From Octopus vulgaris (lineage: Eukaryota): DNA of 64,000 bases. Positions within the stretch are counted from its first letter, which is position 1, and each line of letters starts with the position of its first letter. The translations under genes and the position numbers were made by a program. This document shows, one piece after another, positions 25,513-38,071 of the stretch. The notes under the pieces are model-generated. The model made no database searches. It was not told the DNA's origin and worked only from the letters and a program-made list of their open reading frames with translations. The DNA is taken from the NCBI GenBank assembly GCA_951406725.2, contig OX597819.1, positions 36,890,001 to 36,954,000 of the forward strand, read 5' to 3'.

Positions 25513-27101
25513 AACCTTAACCTTGACCAGCTGAATGTCATAAAAGAGTTAGCCCCAGCGGAGAGCTACAAGTACCTAGGGGTAATTGAAGGGGACGGAA
25601 TAAGGCATTCAGTGATGAAGGAAAGGATCAGGAGAGAATGTTATCGCAGAGTAAGAGCAATACTCAAGACAGAGCTGAATGCGAGAAAGAGGATCGAAGC
25701 GATCAATGCTTTAGCCATACCAGTCGTGATTTACAGTTTCAATATCGTTAACTGGTCAATTACTGAAATATGTAATCTTGACAGAAAAATACGAAAACTG
25801 TTGACAATGCATAGAATGCACCACCTTAACGCTGATATAGAACGACTTTATCTGCCAAGAAAAGAGTGAGGCCGTGGACTTTTACAACTAGCAATAACAA
25901 TGAAGATCGCTACAATTGGCCTAGACACCTACCTGAAAAACTCTCAGGACTGGATGTTAAAACTTGTCTCAAAACATGAAAACAAGAAAGCATCATACTC
26001 AGTACAAAACAGGCAAAGGAATATCTAAGTGAATTCCGAATACAACCAATTTCGGAATTAGACGTACAAGAACCAAGCACAGAAAGAGCTAAGCGCATGA
26101 AAACCCCTGCTAAAACTGCTGCCTTAGATATTCTTACTGATAAATGGCAAGAAAAACCTCTCAATGGCAAATACCCAAAGAGAGCGAATAATGCAGATGT
26201 TGACAAAGCCCTGACCCATCAATGGCTAATGGTTTCAGGCTTAAAATCAGAAACAGAAGGGTTTATCATAGCAGCCCAAGATCAATGCCTACATACAAGG
26301 AGCTACCAGGCCAATATATTAAAGAAAGGCAGTAGCCCAACATGTCGTGTATGTCAACAACAAAATGAAATCATGGATCATGTTTTCTCTATGTGCAGTC
26401 TTCTTGCGCCTACAGAATATCTCAACAGGCATGGTAGAACTGTGCAATATATTCTCTGGGTAATTTGAAAAAAACTGGACCTACTCCATGATAAAAGCTG
26501 GTGGGAATACAAACCACTTCCAGTGCTTGAAAATGATCTTATCTCACTCCTCTGAAACTACACCATTCAAACTGGCAGAATGATAGATGCAAAGAGGCCA
26601 GAATTATATTGAAAGACTGGAGACAAAAATTATGGCTCCTCATTGATATGACTCTCCCAATGGATATGAATATATCTGTCAAGACCTACCAAAAAACTCA
26701 GCAAGTATAATGATCTTGAAATAGAAGTTGGCAAAATGTGAAACCACAAGACTAAAACAATGCCTGTTGTCATAGGCGCCCTGGGAATGATAGCAAAAGG
26801 GGCTGACTGCTACCTAGCTCATATACCAAGAAACTCCAAAATGGCAGAAATTCCAAAGATAGGACTCAGGGGAACTGCCCATATCCTATGTAAAATACTG
26901 TCTATGTAATCGGAAATTTTAAAACAAACTCGTAATATTCTTATGTTCTCTTGAACATTCTCTAGAACAATATTATGTACAAAACCAAATATATGACACC
27001 CAAGGCATAACACCAGCATGAACTTCTAACTTGTTGTCTCTTGAGGTCTGTGGGTGAGACTTGGAGCCAACTTGTACAAACGTAAAGCAAAAGTCAAACT
27101 T
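25513..27101 (+). mobile_element. Dong/R4-type non-LTR retrotransposon, 5'-truncated and decayed, in (TAA)n
   Basis: SYKYLGV, RVRAILKTELN, AAQDQ, CRVC...DHV..C..LA..EY..RH, RLE region with stops and frameshifts; homologous to 28797-30797; (TAA)n on both flanks. Confidence 0.9.
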
Positions 27102-27154
<53 letters not shown>

Positions 27155-27469
27155 TTATTTTATGTATGTATGTATGTATGTATAAATGGATATGTATACA
27201 AAATATGTGGACAGTTGTATTTAGGTGATCTTACTTGTGTGCGTGTGACTTTCTGCATACATAAATGTTTGCAGAAGCATAAGCGCTTGGACGAAAGTAA
27301 ACATATATAGCAGGAGTAGGCGAATATGGTGATATATGTACGTGGTAAACGTATATATATATATATATGCTGTAGGCATGAATGTAATGACATAATAAAT
27401 GATAGGAATAAACAAATAAGTCTATGCAACTGTGCTAGAGATTTTTCCATTATATTCAACATGTAAAAC

Positions 27470-27850
27470 TAGGAATCTAGTCTACAGGTGTAAAGTAACC
27501 TCCGAGGGTAAAGAATATAGTTTTATATAGGTGCCAGCTTTCTTTCTTTCAAAAGGAAACTGGCATGTCATTTAAATTACTTTTAGAGATAGGGGAAAAT
27601 AAATAATACAAGCTTAAGTAAACTAATTTGATCAATTAAAGACAAAAACAGTGATAGATATTCTATCGACTGGAAACTCATTAGTACTGCTAAACCTTAT
27701 CGCATAAGGAGAAATAGATGCGACCTCTGCGTAGAGGAGATTTACCAAATGTTTACAATAAAATACACATTAATCAATACAAGACAAGAACAAGCTCTGA
27801 CATGTTTACAAACACGCCGATGGACTTTCAAAATAATATAAAGGATTCTA
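27470..27850 (+). pseudogene. PLE GIY-YIG endonuclease remnant
   Basis: NLVYRCKV...FYIGA...TSLSKLI*SIKD...IDWKLISTAKPY...RCDLCVEE with frameshifts. Confidence 0.75.
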
Positions 27851-28260
27851 GATAGCTAATGCTCCAGTAAAATTTAAGCTAAATATAAATATAAGTAATA
27901 GTAGGCAAATAAAAATATATGATAAAAGTATTAATAAACATCACCAAAACAACGAACACAAGTAATGGAACAACCTAACCAAAAAAATCAATATATAAAA
28001 CGAAAAACATCTCAAAAGGAGCACTACACCCGGAATCAAAAATAATGCACACTGCTATTAAGATGGTCAAAGAATTTTACAAAAACAAGAATCTCGACCA
28101 TAACCTATTTTAAGACCAAGCCCAAACTTCGGACAACGGCTGGAGCTAAATCAAGGTCAGCAACACATACCTGTAAATAACAACGCCCTAACCTCCTACA
28201 GAAAACTGACTAACAAACCTTTATTTCAATCAGTTCACTTCGAGGAAGACCAAATGGAAG

Positions 28261-28344
28261 GATCCTGATGAAGCTGCACCGACAATATTGCAAGCTAGCA
28301 TCTGCAACAGCGAATAGTCGCTGCAGTGGAAACACGTGTAGGTC
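28261..28344 (+). ncRNA. Hammerhead ribozyme motif in PLE tail
   Basis: GAUC-CUGAUGA-AG-CUGCA...UGCAG-UG-GAAAC-ACGU-GUA-GGUC. Confidence 0.7.
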
Positions 28345-28412
28345 ATTATAATATGCCGTATATAACTCTAAAATTAATGTTGTGGATGTACACGTCTCCA
28401 TACTCTTAGTTT

Positions 28413-28549
28413 CTATTATTATTATTATTCAGTAGTTTTATTTTTATAGCGTGCTTTCACTTCACTACCGAGCGCAGCTCTGTGTGCCTTGGGTATGTGC
28501 TGTGATTTGTTGTAAAGCTCTGATGGTTATTGTATGGAAAGTGTTCTGC

Positions 28550-28550
<1 letters not shown>
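28413..28550 (-). mobile_element. Short 3' tail of a further Dong/R4-type element
   Basis: Minus strand reads RRTLSIQ* (compare LRRALSM* and LCKILSM* of the neighbours), then a UTR and (TAA)n. Confidence 0.55.
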
Positions 28551-28616
<66 letters not shown>

Positions 28617-28629
28617 CATTATTATTACT

Positions 28630-30797
28630 TTTTTTCTTCTTTCAAATTTTCTTCCATTTCTTGCCGAGTGTCTTCCCGACTCCTAGGGCAAAGAAACTCA
28701 TAGTGTATATTGGTAGGCCACTAAACCAAACTCAGTAGTTCGTTCATTTTTTTTTTTTTTTAAAGTTAAATTAAAATACATGAGCAGCAACAGTTCTCAC
28801 ATCGACAATGCTCTTCTCAATACGTGTGATGTACCAGTTAAGACAATCGTTTGCACTTCTTGCAGGGATGGTAAGCCAGGGATCATTCTCATATAATTTT
28901 CGGTTCCCTTCTTGATCATTCCTAGTGCTCCTACGATCACTGGTATTGTAACCGCCTTGAGATGCCACATTTTCTCAATTTCAATGAGTAGGTCTTTATA
29001 TTTTCTGAGCTTGTCAAACTCTTTCGCTGAGATATTATGATCACAGGGGATGCTCATGTCGATCAATAAGCAAACTTTATTGTTTTGGTCTTTCACAACA
29101 ATATCTGGTTTATTGGCCTTGATGGTTCGGTCTGTATGTACTGGAAAGTCCCACAGAATGGTTACATTTTCTCCTTCAGTTACAGCCTCAGGGTGGTGAT
29201 TATACCACTTGTCGGCAGTTTTGATATTGTAATGCCGACTTATTAGCCAGTGGAGATATTGGCCAACTCTGTCATGTCTTAATTTATACTCCACTGGTGC
29301 TAAGACTTTACATCCAGAGATTAGGTGGTCCACTGTTTCAATCATGTCGTTGCAGAATCGGCATTTTGGGTCTGCTCCATTTTTCATCACATTGGCCTGG
29401 TAGTTCCGGGTTAATAGGCTTTGGTCTTGAGCAGCCAGGATGAAACCTTCGCTCTCTGCTTTTAGCCCTGAGCTCCGCAGCCACTGATGGGTTTGCTTCT
29501 GGTCAACATCAGCTTGTTTGCTGCGGGTCACATATTTGCCGTGCAGAGGTTTCTCCTCCCACCTATCAGCCAATTGCTCGTGCGCTTTTTTCATTGCCAT
29601 CATTTTCACCTTCTTTGCAACAATAGTTGCCGTACTTCCCTCGGGTTGTTCAGTTTGGGTATCCTGCACGAGATCAATAGCAAATTTTTTGCTTTCCTTG
29701 ATGATAGAATGAAGCTTCTTTCGTCTCTCGTGATTTTCCACGAGCTTTAGCATCCAGTCATTCGATATTTCGAGATATTTGGCCAGTCCAATTGTGGTTG
29801 TTTTGTAAGCTAGTTCAAATTGGATCAGGCCTCGAACTCCTTGGGCTCTGGGAAGGTAAAGGCGATCTACGTCTGCCTTTGGGTGGTGCATCCTATTACA
29901 ACTCAGCAGCTTGCGTATTTTTCTATCTATATTCTTTACTTCACTCATATTCCAGTTCAACACATTGTAGCTATAAGTAACAACTGGAACTGCTAAGGAA
30001 TTTATAGCTAACACCTTGTTACGTGCATTTAGTTCAGATTTCAGGACTGCACGAACTCTCCTATAACATTCCTTCCTGATCTTCTCTTTCAAGCTTGCAT
30101 GCTGAATACCAGAGCCTTCATTTATCCCTAAATATTTGTATGTTTGTTCTTGCTCAAGCTCTCTTATGACTGTGTCAACATCTAACACGACTGAATTTGT
30201 GGTCTTCACTTTCCCTTTCTGGAGAGTGGCCTTGGCACACTTCTCAAGTCCAAACTCCATCCCGATGTCATCGCTGAATGCTTTCACGGTGCGCAATAGG
30301 CCTTCAAGTTCATTATTGTCTTTACCATAAAGTTTTAAGTCATCCATATAAAATAGATGGCTTATTTTTTTATTGGCAATTTTATACCCATACCCTGTTC
30401 TGTTTAATTCACTTGTAAGGGGTATTAGGGCTATGCAGAATATTAAAGGTGAAAGTGAGTCACCTTGAAAAATTCCACAGTTGATGTTTATATTTTCTGA
30501 GGCAAGTACTCCATTAGAGTGGTATAATTGGAGATTCGTATTCCACAACGACATATTGTGCTTCAGGAAGTTTGAAATCACAGGGGAAATTTTGAAGACG
30601 TACAGCGATCTCAAGATCCATGGATGCGGTATACTATCGAAGGCCTTTTTATAGTCAATCCATGCGGTGCTGAGATTTCTGCGCTTGTTGTGACAGTTCT
30701 CAAGGATCATACGATTGATTAGCAGTTGATCTTTGCATCCGTAAGAGCCTCGGCGGCACCCTTTTTGTTCAATGGGGAAAATATCGTTCTTCTCCAT
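28630..30797 (-). mobile_element. Dong/R4-type non-LTR retrotransposon, 5'-truncated, young
   Basis: Intact RT-to-RLE ORF plus 3' UTR, with (TAA)n on the sense strand at both ends. Confidence 0.93.
28797..30797 (-). CDS. Reverse transcriptase + CCHC finger + restriction-like endonuclease (666 aa, N-truncated)
   Basis: WIDYKKAFDS, GIFQGDSLSPL, HLFYMDDLKLY, YKYLG, CRFC...HLISGC, RHD, KPDIV...LIDM...K..KY motifs; no internal stops. Confidence 0.92.
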   Translation of the reverse strand: MEKNDIFPIEQKGCRRGSYGCKDQLLINRMILENCHNKRRNLSTAWIDYKKAFDSIPHPWILRSLYVFKISPVISNFLKHNMSLWNTNLQLYHSNGVLASENININCGIFQGDSLSPLIFCIALIPLTSELNRTGYGYKIANKKISHLFYMDDLKLYGKDNNELEGLLRTVKAFSDDIGMEFGLEKCAKATLQKGKVKTTNSVVLDVDTVIRELEQEQTYKYLGINEGSGIQHASLKEKIRKECYRRVRAVLKSELNARNKVLAINSLAVPVVTYSYNVLNWNMSEVKNIDRKIRKLLSCNRMHHPKADVDRLYLPRAQGVRGLIQFELAYKTTTIGLAKYLEISNDWMLKLVENHERRKKLHSIIKESKKFAIDLVQDTQTEQPEGSTATIVAKKVKMMAMKKAHEQLADRWEEKPLHGKYVTRSKQADVDQKQTHQWLRSSGLKAESEGFILAAQDQSLLTRNYQANVMKNGADPKCRFCNDMIETVDHLISGCKVLAPVEYKLRHDRVGQYLHWLISRHYNIKTADKWYNHHPEAVTEGENVTILWDFPVHTDRTIKANKPDIVVKDQNNKVCLLIDMSIPCDHNISAKEFDKLRKYKDLLIEIEKMWHLKAVTIPVIVGALGMIKKGTENYMRMIPGLPSLQEVQTIVLTGTSHVLRRALSM

Positions 30798-30837
30798 ATT
30801 ATTATTATTATTATTATTATTATCATTATTATTATTA

Positions 30838-30890
<53 letters not shown>

Positions 30891-30903
30891 GTTATTATTA
30901 TTA

Positions 30904-30942
<39 letters not shown>

Positions 30943-30950
30943 CACGAAAT

Positions 30951-31000
30951 TTTGTTAGTGTACAGGTCGCGGTCTCAAAGCGATGAAAATATTTTGGGAA
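30951..31000 (+). ncRNA. Hammerhead-topology motif with swapped G3/C8 core (GUGUACA)
   Basis: UUUGUUA-GUGUACA-G-GUCGC(GGUCUCAAA)GCGAU-GAAA-AUAU-UU-UGGGAAA; the sister copy at 20338-20361 gives better pairing (GCGAC, UGACAAA). Confidence 0.4.
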
Positions 31001-31279
31001 ATTAAATTTAAATGTTGAAGTGAATATACATGCATATACGTATATATAAAATACATATATATATGTATATGTGTATATGTATGCATGTATGTATGTACAG
31101 TACTTTACAATATACTCAGATGTTGTATATCGCTTCTGTTATCTTTTCCTGTTTTAAATGTTGCAATCTCATGCAACGTAGAGCATGCCAACATAGTTTT
31201 ATCAAATTTGTGCATTCTTTACTACATGTGTGTGTGTGTGCATGTATTTGCCTCTACTATAATTTAATACATTCAATAA

Positions 31280-31318
<39 letters not shown>

Positions 31319-33411
31319 CCTTTCTGTCTGCCTGTCTATTTGTGCGCTTATAACTCGAGTGTTGTTCATCTGATCGCGCTGAAATTTTAAACATGGATAT
31401 ATGAGAGCGTGGAGCGTTCCGTAATCTAAAATGATTTTCAAAATTGTTAGTTTCAAAGTGAGATCGCTATTTTTGTAATATTTTTCTCCTGCTTGTTCCG
31501 CCATTAAAATCAACGTGTTTGTTCAGAGAGCCAGCACATACCATTTCGCTAGCAACAAGGGAAGTACAGGATGAGTCAGCCAAAACCGCCGCTATGCTGT
31601 CTCTCTTCTTTCCTCTTTCTGTCTCCCTTACGATGTCCGATTCCACTTGAAGTTGTATATATGTTGTGTTGAGATTCGTTATCAATCAATTATCCTTTTT
31701 GAGAAGAAACAGTCTAAAGTAATCACCGCATACAATCACCAAACATATCCACTACGTAACACCGTCCAAGTTTGGGGTTAATAATCCTAATCCTTAGTTA
31801 AAGTTTCTCATTAAAACTACATAATAGGCAGAATGGTCGGATTAAGATAGTAGGATGTTTTGATGGAGATTTCGCTGTTATTTCTACCAGGTCTAGCTAC
31901 CATGTAGAGGTCTCCCCCATTGGCTCATACATACATATATACACACATATATACATAAAATCGAAATAAAATACTTAAGGCAACAGTCGTCAAATACAAA
32001 AGTCAAGGTCTATGCTGTATCATGGGCCAAATAAATTTCCAACTTCTTGCCTAATGCGAGCCCAGAGCAATCACTTATCTCTTACACTATTTCAGTATTA
32101 CGTCTCTATTGTAATGTGTGATAATACTTTCTGTTTGAGAGAAGTCTGTCATATATATATATATATTCCTTATATATACGATGATGTCGCGTTTTCAACG
32201 ATGACGTCACATTTTCTATATGTGTATTTACGTTAAAAGACATCAGTCATCAAGACACACACCTTCACTCATTCACTCTATCTCTCTTTTTCACCCTCTT
32301 TCTCTCTCTCACACACACACACGCACATGCGCACAAACATACACGCGTCCATTTCGTATAGACGTACATATATCTTTCACTTTCTTTCTCTGTCTTTTTC
32401 GCTTTCTCTTCTTTCAATTTCTGCTCTCTTCAAAGAAATTTTTACGGAATAAGCGGGAGAAACAAAGAAAAGACGTAATCGCTCCATAAACAAGTACAAA
32501 CCAAGGAGGGTTGTAGAAAACTGAAGGCAAGATTATGAGAAGATATGAGATTTTCTCAAGAACAGGAAATGCTTGTTGCAACACTTAAATTAATGTTTTA
32601 ATGATTAGACAGAGGTCCAGTAGAATAGCTCTCAGAAACAGACTACGTACAAAATCGTACTTCACAACTCTTGAAGCTGTTTTCAGATATGATCCATCCC
32701 ATTCTTATAAAAATGATAACTCTGACCAAATTGGTGTGCTAAACACAAATTGTCGTTTTTGTAGAGCTTTAAAATTTTGAAATGAAACAAATGGTATGTG
32801 CTGCTCAGGCAGTCAGGTAACATTGCCAGCATTACTAGCTCCTTCTCAGCCTCTTATGGATCTTCTAGAAGGTATTTCCATACTGTCAAAGGATTTTCTG
32901 AACAATATCAGGCTATACAAATCTGCATTTCAAATGACATCGTTTGGTGCATCTAAGAAGAAAGATAAACATGAATTTATGCCGACGTCAAAGTTCAAGG
33001 GCAAGTCTATTACCTCATTGGTTCCCTGTTACCCACAAATGAACAATCACAGTTCCTCCAAATTTACTTTATGAGTAATGTAAGAACAAACCCGAAGGAG
33101 GTGTTAAAATTTCAGATGATGTGTCGTGTTAGACACAGCGCTGACTGCTGCAAAAGAGAGTATATCCGCTGACATCTTTTCGGTGCGTTCAAATATCACA
33201 TAACACCCCATCTCCAATTTTCCATGACAGGTTAGTGTCTGAAATACTCAAAACGAACGCATAGTATGTTGCTTAGCCGAGTTAGCCCAGCATTTACTCC
33301 ACAAATTTTTTATTGTCTATGCTGCGCTTTCCCATATCACCTGTTTCAACATAACTGCCATTTACAAACTATGCCATTTTAATCCCGAGCAACGCCGGAT
33401 ATCTCTGCTAG
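31280..33411 (+). mobile_element. Helitron, internally deleted
   Basis: Candidate A|TC 5' end at 31280 followed by TA-rich and TCTG repeats; RepHel fragment inside; 3' hairpin CCCGAGCAACGCCGGA + CTAG|T at 33408-33412. The 5' boundary is uncertain. Confidence 0.7.
32676..33074 (+). pseudogene. Helitron RepHel N-terminal region fragment
   Basis: FRYDP...IG...CRFCRALKF*NETNGMCCSGSQVTLP...SKDFLNNIRLYKSAFQMTSFGA, then frameshifted KVQGQVYYLIGSLLP...FLQIYF. Confidence 0.85.
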
Positions 33412-33608
33412 TAAATGTATATGAAACAAACATATTGATATATTTATTTGTGTATGAGTGTCTAAGTATGTGTGTGCCTGTGTGTCAGTGTGCATGCATT
33501 TTAAAATTTAGACTGTTTTATTTTGTCTCGGCTACATTCGAGAAACAACGTTAAAGAAACATATTTTCATATTTTATGATATTCTCAAATTTACGAGATA
33601 TATGTAAC

Positions 33609-33679
<71 letters not shown>

Positions 33680-33693
33680 TAGATAGATATATG

Positions 33694-33733
<40 letters not shown>

Positions 33734-33735
<2 letters not shown>

Positions 33736-34039
33736 AGGTGCAATGGCCTAGTGGTTAGGGCAGCAGACTCATGGTTGTAGGGTCGCGGTTTCGATTCCCA
33801 GACCGGGCGTTGTGAGTGTTTATTGAGCGAAAACACCTAAAGCTCCACGATGCTCCGGCAGAGGGTGGTGGCGATCCCTGCTGTACCCTTTCACCACAAC
33901 TTTCTCTGACTCTTTCTTCTGTTGGCCTGCTCGCTTAGCCAGCCGGATGGCGTCACTTGAAGGCTAAAACAATGCAAAGCGCATTGTGACCAGCGATATG
34001 TAGCAACATCTGATAGCCTGGTCGGTCACGGTGATCACG

Positions 34040-34043
<4 letters not shown>
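33734..34043 (+). mobile_element. tRNA-derived SINE family D, full length
   Basis: A box TGGCCTAGTGG, B box GTTTCGATTCC, tail ending GATCACGGTGAT; within (TA)n. Confidence 0.85.
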
Positions 34044-34108
<65 letters not shown>

Positions 34109-34157
34109 TAATTAGAGAATCATCTAGGAGTACGAAAATAAGTTTCTTCGATGTTGT

Positions 34158-34200
<43 letters not shown>

Positions 34201-34799
34201 TGTGATACACAGACACCTTAATTTCCCAATGCACACTGGATGCGGAAGTTCCTATTTGCATCGGACAGGCCTCTGTATCCTATGCATGGCTCAAAAAGAA
34301 ATTGTCTAAACAATTGTCTCAGCGTCCATACGAACGTTCTTACTGTTTTTCTGTTTTACTTACTGCGTTTGCAGAAAGGGTACCCATGTCTATTGCAAAA
34401 CCTCCTTTAGCCCCTGAAGTCGATACCATTGATGATTTTATTAAATCATTGTAAGTCAATAAAATGGTAAGATGATTAGTGAGAGGATACCAGAAGGGAA
34501 ACTCACTGAAGAAAGGACTGGGCGTACTGCTTAATATGGAACTTTGTGGGATTAAACGGAGGGATACGATGAGGAGAGCCTTGTATAAAATGAGTGCCTG
34601 ATTAAAGTCCCATTAACCGAATCAGGTTCAAAGAACAGAGACTTATAGTGACGATAGAAATGGCAGAGAAAGAAAGCAATACATTTACTTAGAAGTCTGT
34701 GTTACCGCTCTTCTGTACAGGAATTACATACAGCCGACACACTAAACATGGGAAGTCTTTAAGATCATCTATCACTTGGTGAAATATTATTATATACAA

Positions 34800-35215
34800 G
34801 GTGGTGAGCTGACAGAAACGTTAGCGCACCGGGCGAAATGCTTAGCGGTATTTCGTCTGCCGCCACGTTCTGAGTTCAAATTCCGCCGAGGTCAACTTTG
34901 CCTTTCATCCTTTCGGGGTCGATAAATTAAGTACCAGTTACGCACTGGAGTCGATATAATCGACTTAATCCGTTTGTCTGTCCTTGTTTGTCCCCTCTGT
35001 GTTTAGCCTCTTGTGGGTAGTAAAGAAATAGGTATTTCGTCTGCCGTTACGTTCTGAGTTCAAATTCTGCCGAGGTCGACTTTGCCTTTCATCCTTTCGG
35101 GGTCGATAAATTAAGTACCAGTTACGCACTGGGGTCGATATCATCGACTTAATCTTCTTGTCTGTCGTTTGTTGGTCCCCTCTATGTTTAGCCCCTTGTG
35201 GGCAATAAAGAAATA
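34800..35215 (+). mobile_element. SINE family A tandem dimer
   Basis: Full monomer followed by a head-less second monomer from ~35031; flanking direct repeat AAATATTATTATA. Confidence 0.85.
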
Positions 35216-35859
35216 AATATTATTATACACATAGAAATCCTATTTTTAACTAACACAGCAGTTATTGAGCTGAGATGGCTTGGACATACAGTGTGCATTC
35301 CCGATTGGTCTTCAAAATGGTCATGAGCTAGACATTGAATCGCTTCTTTGGTCCTGAACGGCCAGGCGTTGATCGTAGTTTAGCTTGTTGTAGAATTGCC
35401 TGCAGGGGTAAAACCATCAGCTTTACAAGTGTGGAAGACATCGCTATCGACCGTTCTCACTGAGAAATAAGGATTGCTGATGTATAGAAGAGAAACGCAT
35501 TCTGAACTGCCAGAAACAAAGAGACATGCACAAACGGATACGCCTGAAAACCCAATGGAATATTTATATTTGTACGGAAGTCTGATTGGCCAAAACGAAA
35601 GTGAAACAGAGATTAATGATCGGATAACGTTGACAGTTGTATGCAAATAAGTAATGTGTGGGTTTCTCTCTCGCCCGCTCCCCCTCTCTCTCTCTTTCTC
35701 TGTCCTTCCATTTGTGTGAGTACGTGTGGGCGTGGAGATATGTACGTATGTATCTATCATTGTCAGTATTTGTGTGTGTGTGTGAGTGTTTATGTGCGTG
35801 TGTGTTTGCTAGTGTGGGCGAGTACTTATTCATATAAATGTTGTGGTTTGTAGACTTCT

Positions 35860-36083
35860 TAGACGATGACGTTGGTGGTATTAACGATTGTGATGACGAC
35901 AACGATAGTGACAGAGTACAGGAGGAGGAGGAGGAGAAAGAGGGAAGAAAGAAGTTAAGAAAGAGAGGAGGATGAAAAGCGGCGAATGAAAAGGCGGATA
36001 AAGTGGAGGACGAGGAGGAGAACAGCAAAGACGGAGAGAAAGGTGTGGACGCCGTCGACGATGCCGGTTTTGATGATGATAAC

Positions 36084-36117
<34 letters not shown>

Positions 36118-36330
36118 CCCAAATGGATACAATTACTACAAAAAGAAATAACTTATAAATTATTTCTTTTTTGTTATTGTTATTCTAATAAGTGAAAATG
36201 TGTTAAAGAAAGCAAAACTCATGCATCAAATCATTGCGTTGTCTTCTGTTGTTGTCGTTATTGTTGTTGTCGTTATTGTTGTTGTTGCTGTTGTTGTCGT
36301 TGCCACTGCTCTTGTTACTGCTGTTGATGG
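35860..36330. repeat. Low-complexity GGA/GAT/GTT trinucleotide region
   Basis: Seen directly. Confidence 0.8.
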
Positions 36331-36486
36331 TTTCCAGACACTAAGCGAAATGCCATTATAAATCACATTTTCCCATTTTATGCATTTTCCATCATTATCT
36401 CTTACAAAATACAGGTTGTTAGTAAGTATCTCGTGTTCATCATGTTTTATTGGCTTTCATCCAGATGTTATTTTAGTTATATTACA

Positions 36487-36544
<58 letters not shown>

Positions 36545-37010
36545 GAGTGAGAGAGCAGTGCATGCCATCAAAGTGACACAGGTAAAATATACGAGACCCA
36601 GTATACCCATCATGATTACTAGGTACATGCATCACAACCATATGTGCGCGAGATGATGATCTCATATCAAGATAAACTGCACGTGACCTTGCAGATGGGG
36701 ACCAGTTTAGAATTTTCTTCCGGTCGAGTAGCCCATCCCGCTCAAAAGGTCCCTGAATAAGGGTTGTTTAAGGATGTTGAACGAAACACCAATGTTTCCA
36801 AAGGTGAATTATTCAAACCCCAAAGAATCCCTCTCAACACATGGCTATGATGCTCCCCCACTACTTCTGCTTGTGATCAGAGATGCACATATCATCAGCC
36901 ACTAAGAGACATGCTCAACTGGTTAAGGTGAAACAACTGACAAGCAAATCTGTGGTATTGAGCAGAATATTTACTGTAGCCCATCTTTTATACCAAGACA
37001 AAACAATGTA
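36545..37010 (-). mobile_element. Unclassified retroposon-like segment ending in (TAA)n
   Basis: GC-richer block abutting (TTA)n at 36488-36544; no ORF recognised. Confidence 0.35.
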
Positions 37011-37369
37011 CTATTATTCAATGTTTGTCAATGGTTCAATTTTTTTTCCTTTTCTTAGAACGAAAATGAAGTACCTTTCAGAAAACAAGCATAAAAATGT
37101 GTTAGTTTAAGAAATTTGATCACGGTTTTATGCGAGAATCCTCAAACAATATTTGGCTGCTGGAACATTTACAGATTTAACAGAACAAATATTTTTTTCA
37201 TAAAATGATGATAGAAAAATGTTTATCACAGGAAAATATGGAAGTATGTAGCTCTTCAGCACATACACATATGTGTATATGCATGTCTATTTCTATATGT
37301 GCGCATGCATATATGTATATATATATACACATATATATATATGTATATATATATAATATATATATATAT

Positions 37370-38030
37370 ACAAAATTAGAGAATGGAGAAACATACTTAA
37401 ATCAGTAAAACATCAACTATCCGATGATACTCAATCCATACTTTAATACACCATTACATATGAGTAAAGGCAATATATAAAATGAAATGAGATATACAGT
37501 AATAGTAAAAAGATAAAGAGATATAAGTAAAAAATTTCAAATATAATATGCAAATAAATCAAAACTGACAGCTGTTTCGGCAGTGAGGACAGTCATACCT
37601 CATTTAACCTATAAGCCATAAAGGCAGGTATAAATGAGGCATTAACAAGGATGCCCCACGGCCTCTTCAGAGAATTAAATTAAATTTGTTATAATAGTGA
37701 AAAATATTATATAATCATATATATATAAATATAAAAATATAAAAATATAAAATATAAAAACTTATACATCATAATGCTACACTTATATAATATAATACAC
37801 ATTTGTACAAAAAAGGAAGGTAAACAGAACAAAATAAAACAAAATATATAACAGTGTATATATTAATATTAATAAGTACCGATATTATACATATTTGGCT
37901 AATAGTTTTTTTTAAAAAAAAAGGCTAACACATATGGAGATGAAAAATAATAATTAAATCCGTGGTACAGTTCATAAAGTTCTAAAGCTATAAAAGTTAA
38001 TAAAAATTACTATTAATAATAATAATAATA

Positions 38031-38071
<41 letters not shown>

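Noticed and set aside
33734-33810. Functional tRNA gene
   Set aside because: The tRNA-like A/B boxes continue into a SINE body; no complete cloverleaf or terminator could be supported. The same applies to the other SINE heads.
35881-36195. Poly-His / poly-Met ORFs
   Set aside because: (GAT)n repeat translations without supporting coding features.
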